The notes beneath the pieces were generated by a model, which was given only the letters and a program-made list of their open reading frames with translations, was not told the origin of the DNA and made no database searches. Of a stretch of 64,000 nucleotides of DNA, positions 55,644 to 64,000 are shown in pieces; positions within the stretch are counted from its first letter, which is position 1; the number at the start of each line of letters is the position of its first letter. Source of the DNA: an uncultured Acidobacteriota bacterium (GTDB taxonomy: Bacteria; Acidobacteriota; Vicinamibacteria; Vicinamibacterales; UBA2999); the NCBI GenBank assembly GCA_963814395.1, contig CAWFCS010000013.1, forward strand, positions 860,799 to 924,798, read 5' to 3'. Position numbers and translations under genes: made by a program.

Positions 55644-56549
55644 GTGTCCCTGTCGCCCCTGACCTTCATCCGCCCCCGTGAACCCAAGCCCGACTGGCTG
55701 AAGGTGCGTGCCCCTGGCTCGGAGAACTACCTCCGGCTGAAGGGCATCATGCGCGACCTGAAGCTGAACACCGTGTGCGAAGACGCCCACTGCCCGAACA
55801 TCGGGGAGTGCTGGCACCACGGCACGGCCACGTTCATGATCCTGGGCGATGTGTGCACGCGCGCCTGCGCCTACTGCGCGGTGAAGCACGGCCGCCCCGA
55901 CGCGCTCGACGTGTATGAGCCGGCGCGCGTAGGTGAAGCGGTGCAGGCGATGGCGCTCAAGTACGCCGTCATCACGTCGGTGGATCGCGACGACCTGGCC
56001 GACTGCGGCTCGGGCATCTTCGCGAGCACCATTCGCGAGATCAAGGTGCGTGTGCCCGACTGCCGCGTCGAAGTGCTGATTCCCGACTTCAAGGGCGAGG
56101 AGTCGTCACTGCGTACCGTGCTCGACGCCGGTCCCGACATCCTGAACCACAACACCGAAACCGTGCCGCGCCTCTACCGCATGGCGCGGTCGGGCGGGAA
56201 GTACACGCGCTGCCTCGAGCTGCTCGACCGGGCGCGGCGCTACGCGCCCGGCATCCCCACCAAGACCGGCCTCATGGTGGGCCTGGGCGAGGAAGCACAT
56301 GAGCTCGAACAGGTGTTCAAGGACCTGCGCGAGGTGGGTGTGGCGATTCTCACCATCGGCCAGTATCTGCGCCCCTCGAACGACCACGCGCCGATGACGC
56401 GCTATTACCATCCCGACGAGTTCCGCGAGCTGAAACGCATCGCCCTCGGCCTGGGCTTCGCGCACGTCGAAGCCGGTCCGCTCGTGCGCAGCTCGTATCA
56501 CGCGCACGAACAGGCCGACGCCGCGTCCCTCGCGGCTGCCGTTCGCTAG
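55644..56549 (+). CDS. lipA: Lipoyl synthase
   Basis: KPDWLK, CEDAHCPNIGEC, CTRACAYC, ITSVDRDDL, NHNTETV, VRSSYHA. Confidence 0.97.
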   Translation: MSLSPLTFIRPREPKPDWLKVRAPGSENYLRLKGIMRDLKLNTVCEDAHCPNIGECWHHGTATFMILGDVCTRACAYCAVKHGRPDALDVYEPARVGEAVQAMALKYAVITSVDRDDLADCGSGIFASTIREIKVRVPDCRVEVLIPDFKGEESSLRTVLDAGPDILNHNTETVPRLYRMARSGGKYTRCLELLDRARRYAPGIPTKTGLMVGLGEEAHELEQVFKDLREVGVAILTIGQYLRPSNDHAPMTRYYHPDEFRELKRIALGLGFAHVEAGPLVRSSYHAHEQADAASLAAAVR

Positions 56550-56599
56550 GCCGCGCCGGCAGGCGCCGCGGGCCTGCGATACAATCCGCCCACGTTCGC

Positions 56600-59500
56600 G
56601 TGACGATGCTCCCTTTGCTGAGAGTTCTGGCCGCGTGTGTGCCCGTGCTCGCGCTCGCGGCCTGTCAACGCGACACGCCCGCAACGGCGCCGCCGGCACC
56701 CGAAGAGGTGGTCGGCGCCATCAATCGCGGCGTGGCGTACATGGGCCGCTACGATTTCGCCGCGGCGGCGGCCGAGTTCGTCGCGCTCGGGCAGCGACAG
56801 CCCGACTCGCGAGAAGCCTCGCTCAACCTGGCCATCGCCCTCATCAACCGGCAGGGTGACGGTGACGGCGCCGGGGCCGAGCAACTCCTTCGCACGGTCA
56901 TTGCGGATCCGGCCGTGGGCCTGCGCGCGCGCTACGCCCTCGGGTTGCTGCTGCTCTACGGCGGACGGGATGCCGACGCGTTTCCGCTCTTGAGCGAGGT
57001 GGCGAAGGACACGCCTGGCGATGGGTTTGCGGCGTACTTCACGGGGCAGGCGCAACTCGCTGTCTCGCCCGAGCTGGCGCTCGCGTGGTTCATGAAGGCG
57101 CAAGCCGCCACGCCCTTGTTGCGCAGCGCCTACTACGGCGGGTTTCAGGCCTTGCAGCGCCTCGGCCGGCGAGCCGACGCCGCCGCCATGCTGGCCCGCT
57201 TCGAAGGCCTCGCGGGCGATCCGCGGGCGCAGATGGCCGAGTTCAAGTACACCCGCATGGGGCCGCTGGCCATGGCCGTCACCGTGGACGCGCCGATCGC
57301 ACCGGCGGCGCTCCCCCCGGGGCCGCGCTTCCTGCCGGCGGCGCTGATCCCCATGCCCGCCACTGCGCGGTGGCGAACCGGCGGTGACGACTCCCGCTCG
57401 ATCACCGTGGCTGACATCGACGGCGATGGCCAGCTCGATGTCTTTGCCGCGCGCGTGCTCGACGGCGCCGTGCCGAATGCCGTGTTGCTCGGCGCCGACG
57501 GCGGCTGGCGGCTCGACCTCGGCCATCCCCTCGCTGCCGTGGCCGGGGTGCGGGCGGCCCTGTGGGGCGACCTCGACAACGACGGCCGCACCGACGCGGT
57601 GCTCGTGCGGGCCCGCGGTGGCTCGGCGGTGTGGCGGCAGTCAGCGCCGAACGTGTGGCGCGACGTCACGGCCAGCAGCCAGGCCCTCACGCCGCGTCTC
57701 GACGGCATGGACGGCGCGCTCGTGGACGCGGACCACGACGGCGACCTCGACATCTGGCTGACCAACGCCTCCGGCGCCAACGAATTGCTGAACAACAACG
57801 GCAACGGCACGTTCCGTCCCCTCGCGGCGCGAGCCGGCCTCACCGGCGCTGGCCGGGGCTCGATCGGCACCGCCTTCGCCGATCTCGACAACGATCGCGA
57901 CCACGACCTGGTCGTGCTCAACGCGGCGCCGCCGCACGACGTGTTCGTCAACGACCGCGTGTGGACCTATCGCCGCGCCCCAGGCTTCGCCACGTTCGCA
58001 GCGGCATCGTTGGCGGCTGTGGTGAGCGCCGATCTCGACGCCAACGGGCAACCCGAGCTGTACACCAGCGGCCCACGCGGCCTCGAACGATGGAAGCCCG
58101 ACGGCGCCGGCGAGTGGCGGCCATTCACATTGGCCGCCGCAGACACCGCAGCCACCGCATCTGCCACCGGCGTCAGGCTGGCCGTGGCCGACACCAACGG
58201 CGACGGCGCGCTCGAGCTGCTCGCGTCGCGCGGCGCCGAGTGGGCCGCCTTCGACGTCACGGCCGACGGCACCACCCCGGCCGCGGCGACATTCGCCGCC
58301 GGCGCCGGTGTTCGCGGGTGGACCGTGGCCGCGCTCGATGCCGCGCAGGGCCCGTCGGTGATTGGCGCGGGCGGCGACGGTCTGATGGCGTGGCCGCCAG
58401 GACCCGGCCGTCACCCCTACGTCACGATCGCCGTGACCGGTCGCGACAGCACGAGTGATCAGCTGCGATCGAACGTGTCTGGCGTGGGCACGCGCCTGGC
58501 CGTGCGGGTGGGCTCGCGCTGGACGGCCTTCGATACGGCGGGTGGGCACGGGGGCCCCGGCCAGAGTCTGCAACCGCTGGCCGTCGGCCTGGGCGGCGCG
58601 CCGCAGGCCGATTTCGTGTCGCTCGTGTGGCCCGACGGCGTGATGCAGACGGAGATGGCGCTGGCGGGCAGCCAGCGCCACACCATCGCCGAGACGCAGC
58701 GCCAGCTCTCGAGCTGTCCTGTGCTCTTCGCCTTCAACGGCACGTCGATGGCCTTCGTCACGGACATCCTCGGCGTCGGCGGCATTGGCTTCCTCGAGCG
58801 CCCAGGGGTCTACAGCGCGCCGTTCCCGCGCGAGCACGTGCTGTTCCCGGAAGGCAGCATCGCCCCCCGCAACGGCCGCTATGCCCTCGTGATCGGCGAG
58901 CCCATGGAGGAAGTGACCTACCTGGATCGCGCCTCGCTCGTGGCCTACGACCTGCCGCCAGGCTGGCAGATGGCCCTCGATGAGCGCAAGGCCATTGCCG
59001 AACCGATGCCCACGAGCGCGCCGCTCTTCTACCGCGAGGAACGCCGCCCCGTGCGCGCCGTCAACGACCGCGGCGAGAACGTCATGGCGCGCATCGCCGC
59101 CGCCGACCGCGACGCCGCGCCCCCCGGCGCGGCCGATCCGCGCTTCATCGGCATGACCGCGCCGCACACGCTCGAGCTGGAGTTCGCCGGGCCGCTCGAC
59201 CGCGGGCCGGGGCGACCGGTGCTGATGATCGATGGCTGGGTCGAATATCCCTACGCCCAGACGGTCTTTGCGGCGTGGCAGGCTGGCGCTGCCTTCGCGG
59301 CGCCGTCACTCGACGCGCGCGATCAGGCGGGCCGCTGGCACACCGTGGCGCCCGAGTTCGGCTACCCTGCCGGCATGCCACGGCGCATGACCCTGCCGCT
59401 CTCGCGCCTGCCCGCCGGCACGACCGCGCTGCGGCTGCGCACCACGCAGGAGATCTTCTGGGATCGCGTCAGCGTGATCTACGCCGAGCCCGCGCCGCCG

Positions 59501-59926
59501 GTCGTCACCCGGCGGATGGCGCTCGTGTCGGCCACGCTGCAGGAGAGCGGCTTTGCCGCCCGCACCACCGGACCGCAGCGCACGCCGCACTACGACTATG
59601 CGCGGCGCGCGCCGCTCTTGGATACGCGCCATCCGCGCGGCCGTTACACCCGGTTTGGGGCGGTCGACGCGCTCGTGGCCTCGGCCGACTCGGCGCTGGC
59701 GATCGTCGGGCCGGGTGAAGACGTGCGGCTCGAGTTCGCCGCGCCAGGCGACGCCGCGCCCGCAAGCTGGACGCGCCGGATCGTGCTCGAAGCCGACGGC
59801 TGGTGCAAGGACATGGACCTCTACACGAAGGACGGCGACACGGTGGCCCCGCTGCCCGGCATCGACACGCCGGCGCGGCGGCGCCTGCACGACGCCTTCA
59901 ACACGCGCGACGCGAGCGGCCGATGA
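56600..59926 (+). CDS. Large lipoprotein: TPR + FG-GAP/VCBS repeats + ASPIC/UnbV (CRTAC1-like) + C-terminal extension
   Basis: Lipobox LAAC; DxDxDGxxD repeats; SNVSGVG.R...VGLG...WPDG; SSCPVLF; DGWCKDMD. Confidence 0.9.
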   Translation: MTMLPLLRVLAACVPVLALAACQRDTPATAPPAPEEVVGAINRGVAYMGRYDFAAAAAEFVALGQRQPDSREASLNLAIALINRQGDGDGAGAEQLLRTVIADPAVGLRARYALGLLLLYGGRDADAFPLLSEVAKDTPGDGFAAYFTGQAQLAVSPELALAWFMKAQAATPLLRSAYYGGFQALQRLGRRADAAAMLARFEGLAGDPRAQMAEFKYTRMGPLAMAVTVDAPIAPAALPPGPRFLPAALIPMPATARWRTGGDDSRSITVADIDGDGQLDVFAARVLDGAVPNAVLLGADGGWRLDLGHPLAAVAGVRAALWGDLDNDGRTDAVLVRARGGSAVWRQSAPNVWRDVTASSQALTPRLDGMDGALVDADHDGDLDIWLTNASGANELLNNNGNGTFRPLAARAGLTGAGRGSIGTAFADLDNDRDHDLVVLNAAPPHDVFVNDRVWTYRRAPGFATFAAASLAAVVSADLDANGQPELYTSGPRGLERWKPDGAGEWRPFTLAAADTAATASATGVRLAVADTNGDGALELLASRGAEWAAFDVTADGTTPAAATFAAGAGVRGWTVAALDAAQGPSVIGAGGDGLMAWPPGPGRHPYVTIAVTGRDSTSDQLRSNVSGVGTRLAVRVGSRWTAFDTAGGHGGPGQSLQPLAVGLGGAPQADFVSLVWPDGVMQTEMALAGSQRHTIAETQRQLSSCPVLFAFNGTSMAFVTDILGVGGIGFLERPGVYSAPFPREHVLFPEGSIAPRNGRYALVIGEPMEEVTYLDRASLVAYDLPPGWQMALDERKAIAEPMPTSAPLFYREERRPVRAVNDRGENVMARIAAADRDAAPPGAADPRFIGMTAPHTLELEFAGPLDRGPGRPVLMIDGWVEYPYAQTVFAAWQAGAAFAAPSLDARDQAGRWHTVAPEFGYPAGMPRRMTLPLSRLPAGTTALRLRTTQEIFWDRVSVIYAEPAPPVVTRRMALVSATLQESGFAARTTGPQRTPHYDYARRAPLLDTRHPRGRYTRFGAVDALVASADSALAIVGPGEDVRLEFAAPGDAAPASWTRRIVLEADGWCKDMDLYTKDGDTVAPLPGIDTPARRRLHDAFNTRDASGR

Positions 59927-62640
59927 GCCTGCCGGCAGGGTCCCGCTACTCGGTGATCGGCGCCGGCACGCGCTGGCTGCTCTACGCCGTCTACGCGTGC
60001 GTGGCGCTCCTCACCGCTACGGCCGTGTATCTCGGCGGCGTCACCGCGGCCGAATGGGCCAGGAGCGCACGCTACCAGGGCTACGTGTATCAGTGGGTGG
60101 TGCTCACGCACCTGGCCGTGGGGCTCCTCATCCTCGCGCCGTTCGTGGCCTTCGCCGTGGCGCATCCGCTGGCGGCCCGCACCCATCCCAATCGCCGCGC
60201 GGCCCGCGTCGGCTACCTGCTCGCGGCGCTCTCTGTCGTCGTGCTCGTGACCGGCCTGGCGCTCATGCGCGTGGCGGGCCTCGAACTGCGCCAGCCGGCC
60301 GCGCGCACCACCGCCTACTGGCTGCACGTGATCGTGCCGTTCGCCGCCGCGTGGGCGTTCCTGCAGCACCGCCGCCGTGGACGTCCACTGCGTGCCGGTG
60401 CGGCGTGGGGCTGGGCCATGGCCACCGCCGCCGTCGTGCTCGTCACGGCCGTGGCCGACGCGCGGCTCAGTCGCGCGCCCGACCTGGCGGGCGCGCCGGC
60501 CACGTTCGGTCCGTCGTTCGCGCGCACGGCCACGGGGCGTCCCATCCCGGCCAGCGCGCTCATGGACAACACCTACTGCGCGGAATGCCACTCTGATGCG
60601 CACCAGGGCTGGCTCGCGAGCGCGCATCGCTTCAGCTCGTTCAACAATCCGGTCTACGCCGCCAGCGTCAAGGAAACGCGCAAGGTCATGCTGGCCCGCG
60701 ACGGCAACGTCGACGGCAGCCGCTGGTGCGCGGGGTGCCACGACCCGGTGCCGCTCTTCTCGGGCGCGTTCGGCCGGGCCGACTTCGACACCGAAGGCGA
60801 CCCCACGTCCCAAGCCGGCATCACGTGCACGTCGTGCCATGCCATCGAGCGCGTGAACAGCACCCGCGGCAACGGCGACTACACGATTGCCGAGCCGCGG
60901 CACTACCCGTTTGCCTTCAGCGAGAACGCCACGCTGCGCGCGCTCAGCCAGCAGCTCATCAAGGCCAAGCCCGACTTTCACAAGACCACGTTCCTGAAGC
61001 CGCTGCATCGCACGCCCGAGTTCTGCTCCACCTGCCACAAGGTGCACATTCCCGGCGCGCTCAACGACTACAAGGAGTTCCTGCGCGGACAGAATCACTA
61101 CGACAGCTTCATCCTGAGCGGCGTGTCGGGACGCGGCGCCCGCAGCTTCTACTACCCGCCCAAGGCCGAGTCGCGCTGCGCCGGCTGCCACATGCCGCTC
61201 AAGGCGTCTGGCGACTTCGGCGCGCAGCCCTTCGATGCAAGTGGGGCGCTCAGCATCCACGACCACCGCTTCGCCGGCGGCAACACCGCCATTCCCTTCC
61301 TGCGCGGCGAGACCGAGACGGTCGCGGCGCAGCAGGCGTTCCTCGACAAGGCCGTCACCGTCGACCTCTTCGGCCTGCGCGAAGGCGGCACGGTGTCGGG
61401 CCGCCTGCTGGGTCCGCTCGACGGCGCCACGCCGGCGCTCACGCCGGGCGCGCGCTATCTGGCCGAACTCGTGGTGCGCACGCGCAAGGTCGGCCACCAC
61501 TTCACGCAAGGCACGGCCGACTCGAACGAGGTGTGGGTGCAGGTCACGGTGAAGGCCGGCGACACCGTGATTGGCCAGAGCGGCGCGATCGGCCCGGATG
61601 GGCGGGTCGACCCGTGGTCGCACTTCACCAACGTCTACATGCTCGACCGGCAGGGCCGCAAGGTGGACCGGCGCAACGTGCAGGACATCTATGTGCCGCT
61701 CTACGACAAGCAGATTCCGCCCGGGGCGGCGCAAGTCGTGCACTATGCCTTCGACGTGCCCAAGGGCGCGGCCGGCCCAATCACCATCGACGCCCGGCTG
61801 CTCTATCGCAAGTTCGACCTGACCATGATGCGCTTCACGAAGGGCGACGACTATCGCATGGACCTGCCGGTGACGACGATCGCCGCCGACACGCAGAACC
61901 TGCCCGGCGGCGGCGCGGCGGCGTCCGCCCAGCCCGTCTGGGAGCGCTGGAACGACTACGGCATCGGCCTGCTGCTCGAAGGCAACGCCGGCAGCGACAA
62001 GGGCGAGCTGCGGCAGGCCGAGGCGGCGTTTGCCGAGGTGGAGCGGCTCGGTCGCGCCGAGGGCCCCCTCAATCTGGCCCGCGTGTACCACAAGGAAGGC
62101 CGGCTCGACGAAGCGGCGCAGGCGCTGCGGCGCGCTACCGCGGCCGGCGCGCCGCCCTGGACGGTGGCGTGGATGAACGGGCTCGTGAACAAGGAGAACG
62201 GCCACCTCGACGAGGCCATCGCCAACTTCACGGCGGCACTGGGCGCCAGCTCACCGGCGCTGACCGAACGTGGCTTCGACTTCAGCCGCGACTACGAGGT
62301 GCTGAACGAACTGGGCCAGGCGCTCTTCGAACGCGCCAAGCAGGAACGCGGTGCCACTCGCGCCGAGGCGCGGGCCGCGCGCCTGCGCGAGGCCGCGGCG
62401 GCCTTCGACCGCACGCTGGCCATCGACACCGAGAACGTCACCGCCCACTACGCGCTCAGCCTGATTCACGGCGAGCTCGGCGACCAGACGCGCGCCGCCA
62501 CGCACCGCGAGGCGCACCTGCGCTACACCGCCGACGAGCAGTCGCGCGGCCGCGTCATCGCCATCCACCGCGCGGCCAATCCCGCCGCCAACCACGCCGC
62601 CCAGTCGGTCGTGATCTACGAACTGCAGCGCGTCCAGTGA
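59923..62640 (+). CDS. Membrane-anchored pentaheme c-type cytochrome with C-terminal TPR
   Basis: About 5 N-terminal TMs; CAECH, CAGCH, CTSCH, CSTCH, CAGCH; TPR helices; ATGA overlap. Confidence 0.9.
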   Translation: MSLPAGSRYSVIGAGTRWLLYAVYACVALLTATAVYLGGVTAAEWARSARYQGYVYQWVVLTHLAVGLLILAPFVAFAVAHPLAARTHPNRRAARVGYLLAALSVVVLVTGLALMRVAGLELRQPAARTTAYWLHVIVPFAAAWAFLQHRRRGRPLRAGAAWGWAMATAAVVLVTAVADARLSRAPDLAGAPATFGPSFARTATGRPIPASALMDNTYCAECHSDAHQGWLASAHRFSSFNNPVYAASVKETRKVMLARDGNVDGSRWCAGCHDPVPLFSGAFGRADFDTEGDPTSQAGITCTSCHAIERVNSTRGNGDYTIAEPRHYPFAFSENATLRALSQQLIKAKPDFHKTTFLKPLHRTPEFCSTCHKVHIPGALNDYKEFLRGQNHYDSFILSGVSGRGARSFYYPPKAESRCAGCHMPLKASGDFGAQPFDASGALSIHDHRFAGGNTAIPFLRGETETVAAQQAFLDKAVTVDLFGLREGGTVSGRLLGPLDGATPALTPGARYLAELVVRTRKVGHHFTQGTADSNEVWVQVTVKAGDTVIGQSGAIGPDGRVDPWSHFTNVYMLDRQGRKVDRRNVQDIYVPLYDKQIPPGAAQVVHYAFDVPKGAAGPITIDARLLYRKFDLTMMRFTKGDDYRMDLPVTTIAADTQNLPGGGAAASAQPVWERWNDYGIGLLLEGNAGSDKGELRQAEAAFAEVERLGRAEGPLNLARVYHKEGRLDEAAQALRRATAAGAPPWTVAWMNGLVNKENGHLDEAIANFTAALGASSPALTERGFDFSRDYEVLNELGQALFERAKQERGATRAEARAARLREAAAAFDRTLAIDTENVTAHYALSLIHGELGDQTRAATHREAHLRYTADEQSRGRVIAIHRAANPAANHAAQSVVIYELQRVQ

Positions 62641-64000
62641 CCAATCCGCCTCCGCCACACTCGCGTGGTCGTCGCCGGCGCCGTCGTGGCGCTTGTCCTT
62701 GCCGGGGCCGCGCTCTGGCGGCTCACGAACCGGAGCGCGCCCGTCACCTCTGGGCCGGCCGCCGCCGAGCGCACGGTCGCCACCGCCCCGGCCGCGCGCT
62801 TCACCGACATCACCAGTGCGGCTGGCCTCGGCGCCTTCACCCGGGTCAACGGCGCCGACGGCGAGAAGCTGCTGCCCGAAACCACCGGGGGCGGTGGCGC
62901 CTTCGCCGATCTGGACAACGACGGCGACCTCGACGTGATGCTCGTGAACGGGCGGCCCTGGCCGTGGTCGAGTGCGAGCCGGGCGACGCCGAACGGCCAG
63001 GTCACCCGCTCCAGCATCAGCGTCTTCCGCAACGACGGCTCGGGCGCCTTCACCGACGCTACCGCCGCCATGGCGCTGGCCGTGCCCGGCTACGGCATGG
63101 GCGTGGCGACGGGCGACTTCGACAACGACGGCTGGACCGACCTGTATGTCACCGCCGTGGGCCGGAACACACTGCTCAAGAACGTGGGCGGGCGCTTCCA
63201 TGACGTCACGGCCAGTGCCGGCGTGGGCGGCAACGCCAACGACTGGAGCACCTGCGCCACCTGGTTCGATGCCGACAACGACGGCGACCTCGACCTGTTC
63301 GTGTGCCGCTACGTGCGCTGGACGCGCGCCCTCGACCAGGCGCAGGACTTCAGCCTGGCTGGTATCGGCCGCGCCTACGGCCCGCCGCGCAATTTCGCCG
63401 GCACGGCCCCCGCCTTCTACGTGAATCAGGGCGACGGCCGTTTCGTCGATCGGGCCGCGGCCGCAGGCCTCGTGGTCACTGATCCCGTCACGAAGCAGCC
63501 CTCGGCCAAGACCCTGGGGGTGGCCCTCGTGGCGCTCGACGGCGATCGCTGCGTGGATCTGGTGGTCGCCAACGACACCGTGCGCAACTACGCCTTCAAG
63601 AACCGCTGCGACGGCACCTTCGAGGAGGTCGGCACCACGCTTGGCCTTGCCTACGACGGCTACGGCAACGCGCGCTCGGGCATGGGCATCGACGCGGCCG
63701 AGGTGCGCGATGACGGCGTGCCGGCCATTGCCATCGGCAACTTCGCCAACGAGATGACCGCCTTCTTCGTGAAGCAGGCCGGCTCGGGCCAGTTCGTCGA
63801 CGAGTCGATCGCGGCCGGCCTCGGTGCGCCCAGCCGCGCGTCGCTCACCTTCGGCGTGCTCTTCTTCGACTACGACCTCGATGGCCGTCTCGATCTGCTC
63901 ACGATCAACGGACACGTCGAGGACCAGATTGCGCTCGTGCAGGCCAGCCAGCAACATGCGCAATCCGCCAGGTTGTACTGGAACGCCGGTAGCGATGCGC
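62637..64000 (+). CDS. CRTAC1-family FG-GAP protein (truncated by window end; start 62637 or 62665)
   Basis: FTDIT..AG, LPETTGGG.AF.D.DNDGDLD, YGMGVATGDFDNDG, ANDT..N, GMGID, FFDYDLDGRLD. Confidence 0.9.

Noticed and set aside
62638..62680. Second selenocysteine or readthrough at the multiheme TGA (next gene in same frame)
   Set aside because: No SECIS-like hairpin or Cys context; GTGA overlap plus an indel, or a GTG start at 62665, is simpler.

Overview
High-GC (about 70% by eye) bacterial chromosomal segment. Gene content (ECF/zf-HC2/DUF4097 cassette, Hanks-type kinase, CRTAC1/ASPIC-UnbV proteins, Omp85 with Tol-like repeats) suggests Acidobacteriota, probably Vicinamibacteria-like; this is inference. 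About 65 CDS are recognisable. Many genes between 0.9 and 48 kb are split by single-base indels that look like long-read consensus errors, so their coordinates span the joined fragments. I found no rRNA, tRNA, CRISPR array or transposase. Highlights: (1) a hidden selenoprotein, a B12-domain radical SAM enzyme ending in WYC-U-AEP with an in-frame UGA and a clean SECIS hairpin, in an operon with a POT peptide transporter and an ATP-grasp ligase (candidate undescribed biosynthetic system); (2) a sigma54 two-component copper/heme locus (2 OM barrels, 3 different cupredoxins, a c-type cytochrome) with a readable -24/-12 promoter and tandem TTAC-N7-GTAA palindromes; (3) a CRTAC1 / membrane-anchored pentaheme-TPR / CRTAC1 operon; (4) a Cys-rich IclR regulator with a 7Fe ferredoxin and a palindromic operator; (5) an ECF/anti-sigma/TlpA/desaturase run next to furan-fatty-acid-type genes; (6) dispersed GGGACTA heptamer repeats and candidate structured RNAs.
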